Source: Eledone cirrhosa (Eukaryota). From it: DNA of 64,000 nucleotides. This document shows positions 11,480 through 32,084 of this stretch, one piece after another. The stretch's first letter is position 1. Each line of letters opens with the position of its first letter. Where the stretch lies: positions 104,904,001-104,968,000 of the forward strand of contig OZ024741.1 of the NCBI GenBank assembly GCA_964016885.1. The letters run 5' to 3'. The position numbers were made by a program, and so were the translations under genes. The notes beneath the pieces were generated by a model. It was not told the origin of the DNA and did no database searches. It worked only from the letters and a program-made list of their open reading frames with translations.

Positions 11480-13054
11480 GTGATACAGCAAATTAAAAAC
11501 TTGGATTGTTTACCTAGCCTGAGCTTGTGGAAGGGAACTGGAGAGGTTGTTGAGTGGTTTAAGCAAATTAAATATAACAATAATAATAAGTTTATTCAAC
11601 TTGATATTGCTAACTATAATTCTTCTATTACCCCTAATCTACTAAATAAGGCACTAAATTACGCATTCAAACATACAGACCTAACTAGCAATGAAATGCA
11701 CATTATATTATCGGCTAGGAAAACATTGATAGAATTTAATGACCAACTATGGACCAGAGCAGATAGAGATAGCAATTTTGACATTACTATGGGATCATCC
11801 GACTCAGCTCAGGTAACTGACCTTGTGGGCTTATTTTTAATCAATTCGCTGCATAGGAAAATACCTCGTACTACCGGAGGTTTATATAGAGATGACATGC
11901 TTTTACTTATTGATAATAATAACTCTGAACTAAATAGAAAAAGAAAACAAATTACACAATTTTTTAATTACTTTAATCTAAAAATAGAAATTGAGAATAA
12001 CCATAGAATAGTCAATTTCCTAGATATAACATTAAATCTCAACACATGTCTTCACTATCCATTTCACAAGTTGAATGAAAACTTAAACTATGTCAGCTTT
12101 AACTCTAACCACCCCAGATCTGTTAAAAATACTATAGTAAACTCTGTTCAAAAACGTATCTCTAGAATCTCGTCTAATAGAAAGATTTTCGACGAAAAAG
12201 CCCAGTACTACAATGAAGCGTTAGCTAGAGCAGGATATAGTGATAAAATTATGTACATAGATAATGATAGACAAACTAAACAAAATAACAACTATTTTAA
12301 TTACGGCCACAGCCTTAACAATTATAATAGAAAGCATTACAATAATTCCAAAAGCCAAAAAAGAAATAGAACTAGGAACATAATATGGTTTGCCCCCCCC
12401 CCCCCCCTTTCTCACTAAACATTAAAACCCACATCGCTAAACTATTTTTTAAAGCTCTTGATAATCGCTTCCCTAGAACACATAGATATCACTCAATTTT
12501 CAATAGACATACTATAAAATTAACCTACTCATCCACCAAAAATTTAGCACAAAATATTAATAGAATAAATAATAGGAACTTAAAACCTAGCGATAATAGT
12601 ATAAATAATATACAAGTTAACAAATGTAACTGTAGAGATAGATCTAAATGTCCGTTAAATAACAACTGCTTAGTTAAAAAATATAATATACAACTGTAAT
12701 GTTAAAACGGACTTTAATTCTTTTAACTACGTTGGTTCCACATCGACGGAATTTAAACTTCGCTATAATAACCACAAGAATTCTTTCACAGATCCAAGCA
12801 AAAAATCTTCAACAGCACTATCAGGCGTACTCTGGCAACTTAGGCATGATAACGTTACATATTCGACGGCTTGGAATATAGTCTCAAGAGGGATTCCTTT
12901 TAATTCATCCTCTGAGACATGTGACCTCTGCGCGGAGGAGATATTCTTTATACTAAAATCTAAAAATTCCCTTAATCTACGGACAAATTTATTCAGTTGC
13001 TGCAAACATAGATTGAACTCAACTTTTAAATATAAATTTAAATTTAAAATGTAG
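11480..13054 (+). pseudogene. PLE RT plus GIY-YIG endonuclease, truncated and frameshifted
   Basis: FIQLDI, MGSSDSAQVTDLVG, GLYRDD, VNFLDITL, SNHP, CNCRDRSKCPLNNNC, YVGST, CDLC..CKH. Confidence 0.9.
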
Positions 13055-14353
13055 TATATTTAGTTTGATTTGTAATTATTTATGAAACTAGCCGATAAAT
13101 CTTTCGATTTCTTCTTTTTATTCTTCTTTTTATTTTTATTTTAAACATTCTTCATGAAAAATTAAACTACCCTAAAAGTTGATGCTCCAAATATATCGAA
13201 TAAATGTTACACTAGATAAACTTCTATATTAAATATAAGAACATATGTAGACCAAATGGGTATCCTAAACTTTTGAAATGATTTCTGCTAGACAGGATTT
13301 GGTAAATAATTTTTGGTTTTATCTGTTTTCGACTCTGATGCTTATAATGAACTTGGCAATATATTGTCAATTAACTTTGAAGGGTTGATCTTTGTGGTCG
13401 ATTTATGTGGCATACTATGTTTTTATTTTTATTATTTTAATATTTTTTAATATTTTTAATATTTTTATTTTTAATATTTAATATTTTTTAGTTTTCTGTT
13501 TTATTTATTTATTATTATTATTTTTTGTTTTTGTTTCTGATATTTTTATTAATATATTGAAATCTGTTCTCTATTTCTGCTTGATAGATAATCATGTAGA
13601 GTAAAGACAAGAATAGTATTGTTAAAATTAATATAGACTCTATATATATGTGTATATATACACATATATGTATACTTAAATTTTTATAGCACAATGAGAA
13701 TGTTCTCCGTGTGAAATAGGGAGTTTGCAGAGTTGATCACGTAAATTCACATCGATGTTTGTAGTTATGATATAAACATATGAATTTTTAAAACTAGACA
13801 TAAGATCATTACTTTTCACACATTATAGATACGTGTCTCATTCATGAATACTGATATTTACATTATAGTGCCTATTTTTATACGAACTAATATTTCTACA
13901 TTGAAACATAGGGTTTTTAAATTCTGCCTCGCCTATGTCTGGTTACTTTTCATTTTTTTCTCTCTATATAACGGCTGGTTTCTCTCCTAACCACATATAT
14001 CTCCCTTACATTAATACTAGAGCTAAATAAATAAATAAATAAATAAATGTATCATTGATACGTCATTCAACGGATGTTCAACTACCTACTTTTCTCTATA
14101 TATATCTATCTCTATCTATTTCCTCTTTCTATATATCTCTCTCTGTTTCTTTACATGAAGTTATTCTCTTTATCTATCTTTCCATCTCTCTATTTAGTTG
14201 CATGCATTTCTTCTTTTCTTCGTTTTCTTTCTTTCTTTCCTTCTTTCTTTCTTTCTTTCTGTTTACAATTTTCACTGCCAAATCAACTTTTCAAATGCAA
14301 GTCGATGTTGAAAGGTATGTCAAATCTATTTATTTATAAAACTGTCTATATTG

Positions 14354-14419
14354 TATTTTGTCTGAAGAAGGCATAACATATTGTTAATATGATATCCCTG
14401 AAATATATATAATGAAATA
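14354..14419 (+). ncRNA. Minimal type I hammerhead
   Basis: tattttgt-CTGAAGA-AGG..CATATT/AATATG..CCT-GAAA-TATATA-TA-atgaaata. Confidence 0.75.
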
Positions 14420-14459
14420 AATATGGTTTTATAAATATAGTTTCCATTTATTTAATATC

Positions 14460-14532
<73 letters not shown>

Positions 14533-15052
14533 TAAAATAAACATATGAAACAATCACAGGGAATATTTTGTAAAAGTGTGTAAGTACACATAGCTATGTA
14601 GGTAACTAATTAAAGTTTAAGTAGAACCTTAAAAATAGATACCTTATAAATTGATTAATCTTCCTTGTATATATTTCATTAAAGAAATATATTTCACCAT
14701 TAATCGATCGGTAAACCACAGTAGCCAAATCTCGGATTTTCAACAATCTGCGAATGACTAGTAGCACGTGTTGCATTTTTTTAAAATACACACATCGTAC
14801 CAGCTTCATCCCAGTGGCGTGAATAGGCTTATCGACAACTAGAAATAGCAGCCGAGTCCTTTCAACTGAGTTAGCCCTACAATTAAGGGGCCGTATATAT
14901 ATACATCCAAAATTAAATTAAATTAAGGGTATCATGTCAGAAAGACATCTGCCATATCCACTGTAGAATATGCTCCAAGATTCCAATGAATAGATCTTAG
15001 CATTTTATATCAACTAGAATTCGCAGATTTGAATTTGCTGTGTAAACACAGA

Positions 15053-15123
<71 letters not shown>

Positions 15124-15133
<10 letters not shown>

Positions 15134-15915
15134 AAATTAAGTAAGTGTGTGTGTCTGTGTATTACCTATAGGGGCCTAAATTTTACCACCGATTTTGATG
15201 AAACTTTACAGGCTCATAGATTAGTCATCTATATATCAGCGTATCGTTTTATATATATCAGCGTATCGTTTTTTTATTTATTACGGGGTCATTCTGCAGA
15301 TAAAAATCGATAGGGGTTACCTTTTTTAGGTATCGAAAAATAAGATTTTTAGCTCTAGCTCCCACATTTTGCCACCGATTTCGTTCAAATTTTAAAGCAA
15401 AATAGAATTTATCCTTGCACATCCTGTAATCGCTTTATATTTTGCATTTGTTGTTCAGGGACGACGTGGTATTAAAAAATACCACTTTTAGACTCAAATT
15501 TCCACTTTTTCGGTTCTAGCTCCCACATTAATCAACCTACTTTATTCAAATTTTACACTACGCTAGATCTTATTATTTCACGTCTTCAAGTGGCTTTACA
15601 TTTTGGAGCTTTTGTTCAGGAACGGCGTCGCAGCCGCTTAAATATTCGAAAATACCACGCTCAAATTTCCGCCTTTTCGGCTCTAGCTCCCACATTTTTC
15701 AACCGATTTCGTTTAAATTCGAAATTCCCTCCCCCCAGCATACCCCTTCGTCAGTGATCTGCGTTTCTCAGTGATAGAGGTCATCACCACCCTCCTCCGG
15801 ATGGCATGTGTGTGGTTATAGATGAGTCATTGAGAAGCAGTCACTAAGATCAACACCTTTTCATCAAAGCAGATATTATTTTACCTACCCAGGCAACGCT
15901 GCGTACTGCTGCTAG
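15124..15915 (+). mobile_element. Non-autonomous Helitron-like element with ~165-bp internal repeats
   Basis: TCTAGCTCCCACATT recurs at ~15354, 15514 and 15682; 3' CCCAGGCAACGCTGCG...GCTAG-T resembles 3907-3934. Confidence 0.6.
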
Positions 15916-15953
15916 TATATACATACATATACATATATACACACATACATACT

Positions 15954-18963
<3,010 letters not shown>

Positions 18964-19121
18964 ATTGTATATATATATATACACACACACACATATACAT
19001 ATATATATATAGATATATATATATATGTGTGTAGAAGCGAAAACCAACCAAACAGTGGGTGTGTTCTGTTATTAATTCTAGCAATATTATTACAACAATA
19101 TGACCCTCCCCAAGTATAACA

Positions 19122-19190
<69 letters not shown>

Positions 19191-19194
19191 ATAT

Positions 19195-19311
<117 letters not shown>

Positions 19312-19809
19312 TATATATAATAGTATATGTAGAAATATACACAGTAAGTTGTGTGTCTAAAATTACGAGGGTTGAAATACCACAATGGTTTGATAAATTT
19401 AACCTGAAGATATATAATATATATATATACAGACCGTCTCAATAACTATTTCATCTCTCAGCCAGATTAGAGATTTAATCTGTTTCGCCCTAAAAATTGT
19501 GTTTGTAACAGATAATCCGTAGGCTTTCCTCAGCGAGAGATAAGATCAAATGGAACAAACACATACAACTACAAGCCACACGAATGAATATCTCACCTCG
19601 TGCGTTGGACGTTAGAAGTGGTGTGAGTGGATATGCTAGAAATAATAGCCTTAATACACCCAACTTATAAGCTCACCTAATTAGGGAGCCTAAATACAAA
19701 TAAGATACAGAGTTACTAACTCATTTTGAAACCCTGCAATTAACAAGCTCAAAGTATAAATACTGAGCATTATATAATAGTATATATAATAGTATATATA
19801 ATAGCTTTG

Positions 19810-19953
19810 ATGCATAGAGTTACGGCCCTTGCCATTCTGCGTTCAAATCCCGCCTAGGTTAACTTTGCCTTTCATCGTTACGGGGTCGATAAAATAAAGT
19901 ACCAGTAATGCACTGGGATAATTGCTGGTCTTGTGCCAAAAGTAGAAACAATT
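19810..19953 (+). mobile_element. 5'-truncated SINE
   Basis: GTTCAAATCCCGCC...CTTTGCCTTTCATC...GTAGAAACAATT. Confidence 0.8.
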
Positions 19954-20174
19954 ATATAATAGTATATGTAGAAATAAACATTTATATATATACATATATA
20001 CATACATACCTATCTGGTTTTTCCACATGTATAACGTACTTCATTGAAGGCATGTATATAAGTATGTATATATATGTATGTGTGTGTGTATTTGTTCATG
20101 TATATATATGTATATGAATATGTATGTGTATATGTATGTGTATATATTTGTATATGTATATATATATATATATG

Positions 20175-20214
<40 letters not shown>

Positions 20215-20255
20215 AAGGAAAAGCGAAGTAGTTTCAGATGTTCAAGTCCTTTAAT

Positions 20256-20340
20256 AACAATGCTGTGATATATATTTCAGTGACGACACTGGCCACATTG
20301 TTCTGTGTTCGAGTGTCGTGTCATCATCAGACAGCTTGTT
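20256..20340 (-). ncRNA. Type I hammerhead with palindromic stem III loop
   Basis: aacaa-gctgt-CTGATGA-..GACACT/AGTGTC..-GAAA-TATATA-TC-acagc-a-ttgtt; next to (TA)n. Confidence 0.75.
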
Positions 20341-21189
20341 ACATAATAAGGTTATGTTTCCGAGGCAATCCAAATTGGATCGACATGGGAACGGATGAAT
20401 TGCGTGTTTTGGGGTTTTTCATCCGCTCCCTTGTGAGTACGAATTCACCCCCACCGGCCTGCGCAAGCGCATGTCCGAAGGAAGTTGACCATTAGCCACC
20501 GCAGATTTCAACGAAATTTGCTTAGTCAGTTCACCCTATCATCCAAAACAATGGCCCACCAATGCCTGTACCATATTTTACTGCTACCCATCACGGCTGT
20601 GGCAGTCAGCCGAGAGCCAGAGGAGATGGAAGAGCGCTAGTTTTTACAGGTCATAATACTACCCCTCACTAAGCGTTGACGGTACGACTGACCATCACCT
20701 TATAAGGGAAAATAAACTTATTCTAGGTATCATGGTTTTACGTTGGAAGTTAAGAGTGAGAGTTGGAAATAAATATTAAAATCCTAAATCAAATATCAGA
20801 AATTATAAATTAAACAATTAAGAAATTAACAATTAGAAATTAAAGAATTAAAAAAAAGAATTTAAAAAAATTCTTTTCAGGTGATAATTCGGATTGAGGT
20901 GAGTAAAAATATAGACTGAAGTGAGTAAATAATATGGAGAGAGATGTTTAAGTTAAATGTTTTGATAGGGATTCTAGTGTCACAGTTACTCTATCCACAT
21001 ATTGAACGACAGTGCCGTACATTATAACTACAGGGCTCCAGGCATTAGTGAATCTGGTACACAGTCCTAATTTCCATCACATGGAACAAAATCAACGAAA
21101 AACAGACAGAAAGTACACAAAAGAAAAGAACAGAACCAATAGTGAATAAATGTAAAAACACAGAGTACATATATGCAAAATGATCCATA

Positions 21190-21396
21190 TGATTGTCCAT
21201 ATATATATATGTATATATATATTATGTGTGTATGTATGTATATATGTATATATGTATGTGTGTATATATGTGTATATGTGTGTATATGTATGTGTGTATA
21301 TGTATATATGTATGTGTGTATGTGTCTATATGTGTGTATGTGTGTATATATATGTGTGTGTATGTATATACACACATATATATATATATGTGTGTG

Positions 21397-21438
<42 letters not shown>

Positions 21439-21450
21439 TATGTATGTATG

Positions 21451-21525
<75 letters not shown>

Positions 21526-21618
21526 ATGTTTATGTATATATATAAACATATATATATATACATATGTGCTTCTGTGTGTATATATATATGTATGTGTGTG
21601 TATGTATATATATATCTG

Positions 21619-21717
<99 letters not shown>
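21190..21717. repeat. Compound (TA)/(TG) microsatellite; representative of dozens of (TA)n, (CA)n, (CT)n, (AAT)n and (ACT)n tracts
   Basis: Direct inspection. Confidence 0.95.
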
Positions 21718-21911
21718 CAAAGGGCAAAGGAGCTCTTAAAAGTCAATGGCCATCCAAAATCACCGGGAGAGATGACCCCTTAGCCTTTGTCAAGGCAGAA
21801 TTCTAGGAGAAGGAAAACTCTGATATAACACCTGCAACCCTGATGGTATCCAATGATGTTGACTTGTTCTTCTTTTTGGTAAATATCATCTTGGTTAAGA
21901 GAGTGGGACTG

Positions 21912-22374
21912 GCTTTGTGCAGTGCCTTTGCTCACTATAAAAGCTTCACGGCACAGGCATTGCTTTGTATCTGGAGATCTCTCTGCACTTGTCCTCACAT
22001 GGTGCCATGGGCCCAGCACTATGTGTCAATAATTGTCACAGGTGTAGTGTTTGTACCAGAGTTTTCAAGTCGCTGGCTGGACTAAAAAGTCACACTCGTT
22101 CAGCGCTTCGGTAGGGGTTCTCCTACATGGATGTAAAGTAGTGGCCGTACTCGAAAACGAGTTGGCAGCCACCATATGTGTGTATATGTATATGTGTATG
22201 TATATGTATATGTGTATGTATGTGTATGTATATGTATGTATGTGTGTATGTATATGTATGTGTATGTATGTATATATGTGTGTATATGTATGTATGTATG
22301 TGTATGTGTGTGTGTATGTATGTATATGTATGTATGTATGTATGTGTATATGTATGTATATGTATGTGTATATG

Positions 22375-22405
<31 letters not shown>

Positions 22406-22882
22406 GTATATGTATGTATGTGTATATGTATGTATGTGTATGTGTATGTATGTGTATATGTATGTATGTATGTATGTATGTATATATGTATGTATGTATA
22501 TGTATATGTATGTGTGTATGTATGTATGTATATATGTGTGTATGTATGTATGTATGTATGTATGTGTATATGTATGTATGTGTATGTGTATGTATATGTA
22601 TATGTATATATATATGCTGCTTTGTGCAGTGCCTTTGCTCACTATAAAAGCTTCACAGCACAGGCATTGCTTTATATCTGGAGATCTCTCTTCACTGGTC
22701 GTCACATGGTACCATGGGCCCAGCACTATGTGTCAATAATTGTCACAAGTGTAGTGTTTGTACCAGAGTTTTCAAGTCGCTGGCTGGACTAAAAAGTCAC
22801 ATTCGTTCAGCGCATTGGTAGGGGTTCTCCTACATGGATATAAAGTAGTGGCCGTACTCGAAAACGAGTTGGCAGCCACCAT
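21912..22882. repeat. ~264-bp direct repeat (21912-22175, 22619-22882) separated by TA/TG microsatellite
   Basis: Direct sequence comparison. Confidence 0.85.
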
Positions 22883-22903
22883 ATATATATATATATATAC
22901 ATA

Positions 22904-23029
<126 letters not shown>

Positions 23030-23171
23030 CATATATGTGTGTATGTGTGAGTGTATATATATATATATATATATATATATTTCGTTGAGCACCACTCTGT
23101 TGTAAGCTGACATTCCACTACACGGTAATAACACTGTGTCCTGGAAAACATTAATGCACTCGTGCATAACC

Positions 23172-23224
<53 letters not shown>

Positions 23225-23227
<3 letters not shown>

Positions 23228-23692
23228 TCTCTGTTTCTCTCACCTTCTTTTGCCCTCTCTGTCAGTTACACTTTCTCTCGACTGACCGCTTCCTCGCACT
23301 TCCACTCACTCACTCTCTGTTTCTCCCCTTCTCACTTCGTCCCGTTTTGCTAACAGTGGGCCTTTTCTTGCTTCCATCTCACTCACGTCGGACGTCTGTA
23401 CTAATCGCTCATGAAATCCACCCAGCTTATGCTGACCAGGACTACCATGTTGCTTGTTTATTTCCTTTCTTTGGTTTGTTTTTATCCTTCTATGTTGTTC
23501 ACTTGTCCCCCTCGCTTTACGCGATTACAGGTCCCAATAACTTTTTTTAGCTTATTGCTCGCACCAACCTGAGGTATCCGATTTTTAATGCGATGAAATA
23601 CCAATGATGGTTGGCAAATCACTGACGAAGGACTATTTTTATCATATGTAACCCATGTGCAAACCACGCAGTATTCTTCTTTCTTCTCATGT
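23225..23692 (+). mobile_element. Non-coding retrozyme-like element F3, single ~470-nt unit in (TA)n
   Basis: Pyrimidine-rich body like F1/F2, plus the conserved motif at 23531-23633. Confidence 0.7.
23531..23633 (+). ncRNA. Candidate permuted K-turn hammerhead (F3)
   Basis: GTCC..TCGCA-CCAACC-TGA-GGTA-TC-CGATTT-TTAA-TGCGA-T-GAAA-TACC-AATGAT-GGTTGG-C-AAATCA-CTGACGA-A-GGAC. Confidence 0.65.
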
Positions 23693-23995
23693 TTATATAT
23701 ATATATATATAATATATACATATATAATATATATATAATTGAATAAACAAGAGAGATGAACACTAATATAAAGATACATGTGTTCGAATCGTAAGGACTA
23801 GGTTAAAAAAGGCTAGGGTGAAAAAATACTAACTACAGCTTGTCAGACTTAATTTTAAGTAGTAAATTAAGAAAAACAACAGACCTATATCGGGCAAACG
23901 CCTGGTAACAACTAGCTCCTCGGTAGTTGTTGAGAAATTAGCGATCCTTCCACTTCTAGAAATATTAGAAGACTGAATTGTGTGCGATATATATA

Positions 23996-24123
<128 letters not shown>

Positions 24124-24455
24124 CTTGTAGACACCTGAAATATAGTTTAAGAGAAACTTAACAATAAGGAGAGGCACGCCAAATTTGAACCTGTTTATAG
24201 AATTCTTTCTGCCTTTGTCACTCTAAATACAGCTTTAAAGAATTAGCTTTTAAAGAATTCCCCTTTCTTTAAACCCATCAACCAATGACCTCCACCCATC
24301 TTGTAGACACCTGAAATATAGGCATTGTTAGCTTAAGAGAAACTTTAAAATAAGGAGTGGCACTCCAATCTGAACTTGTTTATAGAATTCTGTCTGCCTT
24401 TGTCACTCTAAATATAAATTATGGCTTTAAAGAATTAACTTTTAAAGAATTCCCA
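24124..24455 (+). repeat. Two tandem fragments of the PLE 3' end seen at 9390-9570
   Basis: CTTGTAGACACCTGAAATATAG at 24124 and 24300. Confidence 0.7.
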
Positions 24456-24480
24456 CACATGATATATATATATATATATA

Positions 24481-25648
<1,168 letters not shown>

Positions 25649-26061
25649 TGTGTGTGTGTGAGTATGACCTGTGTGTGTTTATGTATAGGATTTACTCTGT
25701 CTATGATGTGAATATACTTTATAGTGAAATCATTAAACAGTACTTGGCATCATGGCCGTACCTGGCAGTAGTATGAAGATATTTACTATTGAAGCAGGTT
25801 AAGATTCTGCCATTTACATATTAAACTAACAGAACATCATGCAGTACAACATATCCAGTGAGAAGTTCAAACCCAATTAACAACACTGAAAATAGACTCA
25901 GCTGAATATGATTTAATGTAAATATGATTTAACGTAAAGGACATATGCGAGAGAAGTTCTTGTGAATGAATGAACGGCACAGATATTTGTACAACAACCA
26001 GACTGATGGTTATATACTCAACTGTATTGCATGTAATGCTCATATATATATACATATATAT

Positions 26062-28455
<2,394 letters not shown>

Positions 28456-29745
28456 CGAAGGAAATGTGGTAAGGAACCAGGTGGACCATAACGCACCAAA
28501 GTACTCAATACTTGAGGTAGTAGAGTGGGTAATAGGAACCAGTAAGACCCCGACAGCTGAGCTCAAGCCGTTTCGACGGCTAATTCTGGACTAAATGAAA
28601 ATTTATCCTGGTATTTAAATAGCCGATCTTCTCAAGGGGTAATTCCATATATGGTCAAAGTGATTGTCAAAAATCAGTAGTAATTCTGTGGTTGCAAATT
28701 AGTAGGGGAGATGGTGGCTAAACCTGCCAGTAGGAGAAAGAGGGGAGGGGGTGGAGTAGACCCAATCAAGCGTTGGTAGTGCCAGCTACAGCTGGGCATG
28801 AGGTCAAAGAAGATACAGGGGAGGGGGAGGAGGAGGAAGTCGGAACGGTAGGTAGAACAATGGGGGGTAGAAATAGGAAAGAAAAAATACTGAGAGTGAA
28901 GAAAAGCAAATAAGTGTAAAGAAAAAAGTAAAGTAAATTAAATTCTACGACCTAGGTGTCAGGCTATTGTTAGGCGAGAATAAAATACAGAAAGAAAGAA
29001 AGAAGTAAATAAATAAATAAATAAATAAATAAGGAAATAAGTAAGAGAACTAGGTGGGACGGATAAGGCAAGGACCCTTTTAAGAGGTATAAGTACGTAA
29101 ATGATACGGTGACGGGTCAACAAAAGGGGCCAAAATACTAAAGAGACTACCACGAAATAAACAATAAAGGTTTCCATCCCGGGCCAGCAACGACCCAGTG
29201 CAGCAAAGTGAACTTGTACGAGATAATAATTCTGAGACCCGAGAAAAATATATACTAATGCTAACTCTAAAAGATCTAAAACAAGCTACATAAAAGTTCG
29301 TACGAAATAAAGGTAGAATACGGAGAAATAAATTCAGAATCCACCCCGCCCAGAAGAAAAGCGAAGCAAGAAATACTGAAACGAAAAAATAAGGCATGTG
29401 CCACTAAGAAATATAGAGGGCACAGAGAATAGTGGGAGCGGTCGGAAAAAGGGGGAAAGTATCCGGGGTCTAAGCCAACTGCTATAAAGGGCGGAGTCCG
29501 CCAAATCTATCAAAGACTAGGGGAGGGGGGGTGGGGGTACTAAGGCTACATGGGGCCAAAGTGCAGCCTCGGGTGGGCGAGAAAAGACGCCGACAAAGGA
29601 GAAGAGCTGGGGTAGAAGGACAAAGGAGAGAGGGGGGAAGGAAATAAAGGAAGCGATAAAAGAATACAAAGAAGATCTTACGTCTTCCTTGGCAAGCAGG
29701 GGTTACCCATTGCAAAATCGGCAACTGGGGTGTTATAGCCCTAGT

Positions 29746-31899
29746 CTACCCCCCCGGGTCATTATGGGGTTTGAGGGCGAGGTAAGTCCTACGCAATCTA
29801 TGTTTACATGCAGTAACCAGTTCATCTTTCTTGTTTAGGAGTTGGTCCGTCGAAAACAGCATTTGTAAAGTTTCCTCCGAGCATAAATTGCACGGACGGA
29901 GTCCTCCCGTGTAAGAATTGGCTCTGGACAGTAATCTCCAAGTGAGATCATAGGTGATGTTGTTGTCCTTGAGGTCCCATATGTGGCCCGAAAGTGTAGT
30001 GGCGTGAGGCCGGGCCGGGTTTCGGAAGGTATGTCTATGTTGGAATAGCCGGGTCTTGAAGTCACATGCGGTAAGTCCTATATAGGCTTTGTTGGAGGTA
30101 TCCGTCCTCACGTTGCACTGGTAGATCACATTACGGTCTCTGCATCTATTGTCGAGTGGGCAAATAGATCTATCCGGGCAGTTACACCTCCTGGTCGGTT
30201 CTCCACTGCTAATTAGGTTATTTCTGCCATCGGGGTTGAGTTTTTTGTTGTTAGAGGAGACGATGTTTTGTGCGAAGTTTGGTGTAGTGCTGTAAGAGAG
30301 TTTGATGGTATTTTTGTTAATTATGTTGTGGTAGCGGTGTTGTAATGGGAAGTGTTTTTCAATGAGCCTAAAGAATAGTTTCCCGATGGGAGTAGTCACC
30401 TCTGCGTTGTGGGGAGGATTGAACCATGTTACATTGCGTGAGCGGCGGTGTCTCCTGCTGGTTCCGCTAATGGGAGCTGGACAGTAGGATATTTCCTCCC
30501 GGAAACCACTCCGCTTGAGGGCCTGGTTGTAATAAGGCGCATGTTCATCGAATATCCGCTCATTAGCTGACAAACGGGATATGCGGAGGGAGATGTTTTT
30601 GACCAGGTTGTTTGTGATGTTCCTAGGATGGTTTGATCGGCGGTGGATGTAGTGCAGATTGTCATTAGGTTTCCTGTATGGGTAGTACAGGTCGTTTTCG
30701 AGGTCGAGGGTTACGTCCAGGAAGTTTACTCGGGTCAGGGACGTTTGTAGGGTTATTTTAAATCCCCAGTCGCGGAAGAATCTGATTAATTGTTTCCGGA
30801 CCCGATCTGTACTACTGGGGTTGTACCCTTTAAGGGTAAGGAGCCCATCATCACGGTACAATCCACCACCGAATGCAGGAAACATATCAGTGAGTTTGGC
30901 TATTAGGAATAATCCTATAAGATCAGTGACCTCCGCCGAATCCGTGGCGCCCATGCTGACGTCGAAGGGTGAGTCGGGAGCTCTTTTTATCCATTTAGAG
31001 TCGTCAAAGAGTAAGACTGTCTTCCTGGCGTGGAGGATGATTTTTCTTTCCTGGTCGGTGATGGGCACGAGTGTTTCGGCGAAGTCCAAGGCGGCAGTAA
31101 GTAGCGGTAAGGTGATTGAAGCATAGTAGCTCTCTATGTCGAACTGTATGAATTTAGTTTCTCGTTTATCCTCCATATTGCTGAACCAGGAGATTACTTC
31201 CTGGGTGTTGATCCATAGGCTAAGTCGGGTGTGTTGCTTGACTTTTGGTATCACGCGGTCTAGGATTTTTTTGCTGATTCTCCCTATGTCGGACTTCGTT
31301 GGGTTAATAAGCCTGATGGAGGGTTTACGGTCAAAATCGGATTTATGGTCCTTCAGTGTGAAGTATGGTGTCCGTGGGTCTAGAGGTTCCGTGCGGTCGG
31401 CGACCCCGAGGCTGGAGGTGATTTGTTGTCCATCTCGATTTATGTCCTCGATACAAGAGTGGTTGGCCTTTTTATAGGTGGAGTTTAGGCTGCTCCTGAT
31501 CAGTGTGTGGTATCTGTCAGGGTTGACAAAGTATAGGTTCCCAGTTTTATCCGAATGCACCATGATGTCATTTGTGTTATCATACTCTGTTAAGTTGCTA
31601 CGGAGTTTTTGTAGGAATCGGTTGTGTCTGGGTTTAAATTTAATGTTCTTGACCAGTTGGAAGAGGTCATTCTCGAAGGGTGCGAGCAAGGGGTTCAGGG
31701 GCGGAGATTTGTAGGTAATAAATCCGAATCTCTCCTTGGTGCCGAAGTCTTGGTTGTCGCAATATCTGTCATAGAAAAAAGTTCTCCATCTAAGTCTTTT
31801 CGCAAATAGATCAATTTTTTGCGTGAGCATCCGAAGGTAAAGTTTTTTCGGTGGGATTGGGATGTTCTTGGTAGAGAAGTCAATGTTGTGTTTTCGCAT
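29746..31899 (-). CDS. Intact PLE polyprotein, RT plus C-terminal GIY-YIG endonuclease (717 aa from first ATG), probably Hydra clade
   Basis: SDKT, RLINP, QFDIESYY, MGATDSAEVTDLIG, YRDD, FLDVTL, SNHP; linker CNCPDRSICPLDNRC; VIY..YIG, CNLC..CKH. Clade call rests on the remembered CxCx5C plus CCCH signature. Confidence 0.92.
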   Translation of the reverse strand: MRKHNIDFSTKNIPIPPKKLYLRMLTQKIDLFAKRLRWRTFFYDRYCDNQDFGTKERFGFITYKSPPLNPLLAPFENDLFQLVKNIKFKPRHNRFLQKLRSNLTEYDNTNDIMVHSDKTGNLYFVNPDRYHTLIRSSLNSTYKKANHSCIEDINRDGQQITSSLGVADRTEPLDPRTPYFTLKDHKSDFDRKPSIRLINPTKSDIGRISKKILDRVIPKVKQHTRLSLWINTQEVISWFSNMEDKRETKFIQFDIESYYASITLPLLTAALDFAETLVPITDQERKIILHARKTVLLFDDSKWIKRAPDSPFDVSMGATDSAEVTDLIGLFLIAKLTDMFPAFGGGLYRDDGLLTLKGYNPSSTDRVRKQLIRFFRDWGFKITLQTSLTRVNFLDVTLDLENDLYYPYRKPNDNLHYIHRRSNHPRNITNNLVKNISLRISRLSANERIFDEHAPYYNQALKRSGFREEISYCPAPISGTSRRHRRSRNVTWFNPPHNAEVTTPIGKLFFRLIEKHFPLQHRYHNIINKNTIKLSYSTTPNFAQNIVSSNNKKLNPDGRNNLISSGEPTRRCNCPDRSICPLDNRCRDRNVIYQCNVRTDTSNKAYIGLTACDFKTRLFQHRHTFRNPARPHATTLSGHIWDLKDNNITYDLTWRLLSRANSYTGGLRPCNLCSEETLQMLFSTDQLLNKKDELVTACKHRLRRTYLALKPHNDPGG

Positions 31900-32084
31900 G
31901 GTGCGGGTGAAATGAATTGAGCTTAGCGGAAAAGTCTGGATACGGCGTGGTAGGGTCGGAAAGTGCTCTACTACGGGAGTAGGAGCTAGATAACGAAGGA
32001 AATGTGGTAAGGAACCAGGTGGACCATAACGCACCAAAGTACTCAATACTTGAGGTAGTAGAGTGGGTAATAGGAACCAGTAAG

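Larger units (their letters stand above)
10231..14460 (+). mobile_element. 5'-truncated PLE with ~1-kb inverted terminal arms (10320-11470 / 13500-14460)
   Basis: Mirror-image ORFs 10596-10917 and 14055-14376; RT/GIY-YIG remnant between; (TA)n on both sides. Confidence 0.9.

Noticed and set aside
12393-12410. Programmed frameshift at a poly-C run in a PLE ORF
   Set aside because: The intact homologue has no shift here; homopolymer slippage or sequencing error is simpler.
29746-32046. Naiad (selenoprotein) PLE; 766-aa product
   Set aside because: The endonuclease is C-terminal and there is no in-frame TGA. The 766-aa call starts at TTG, and the first ATG is at 31899.
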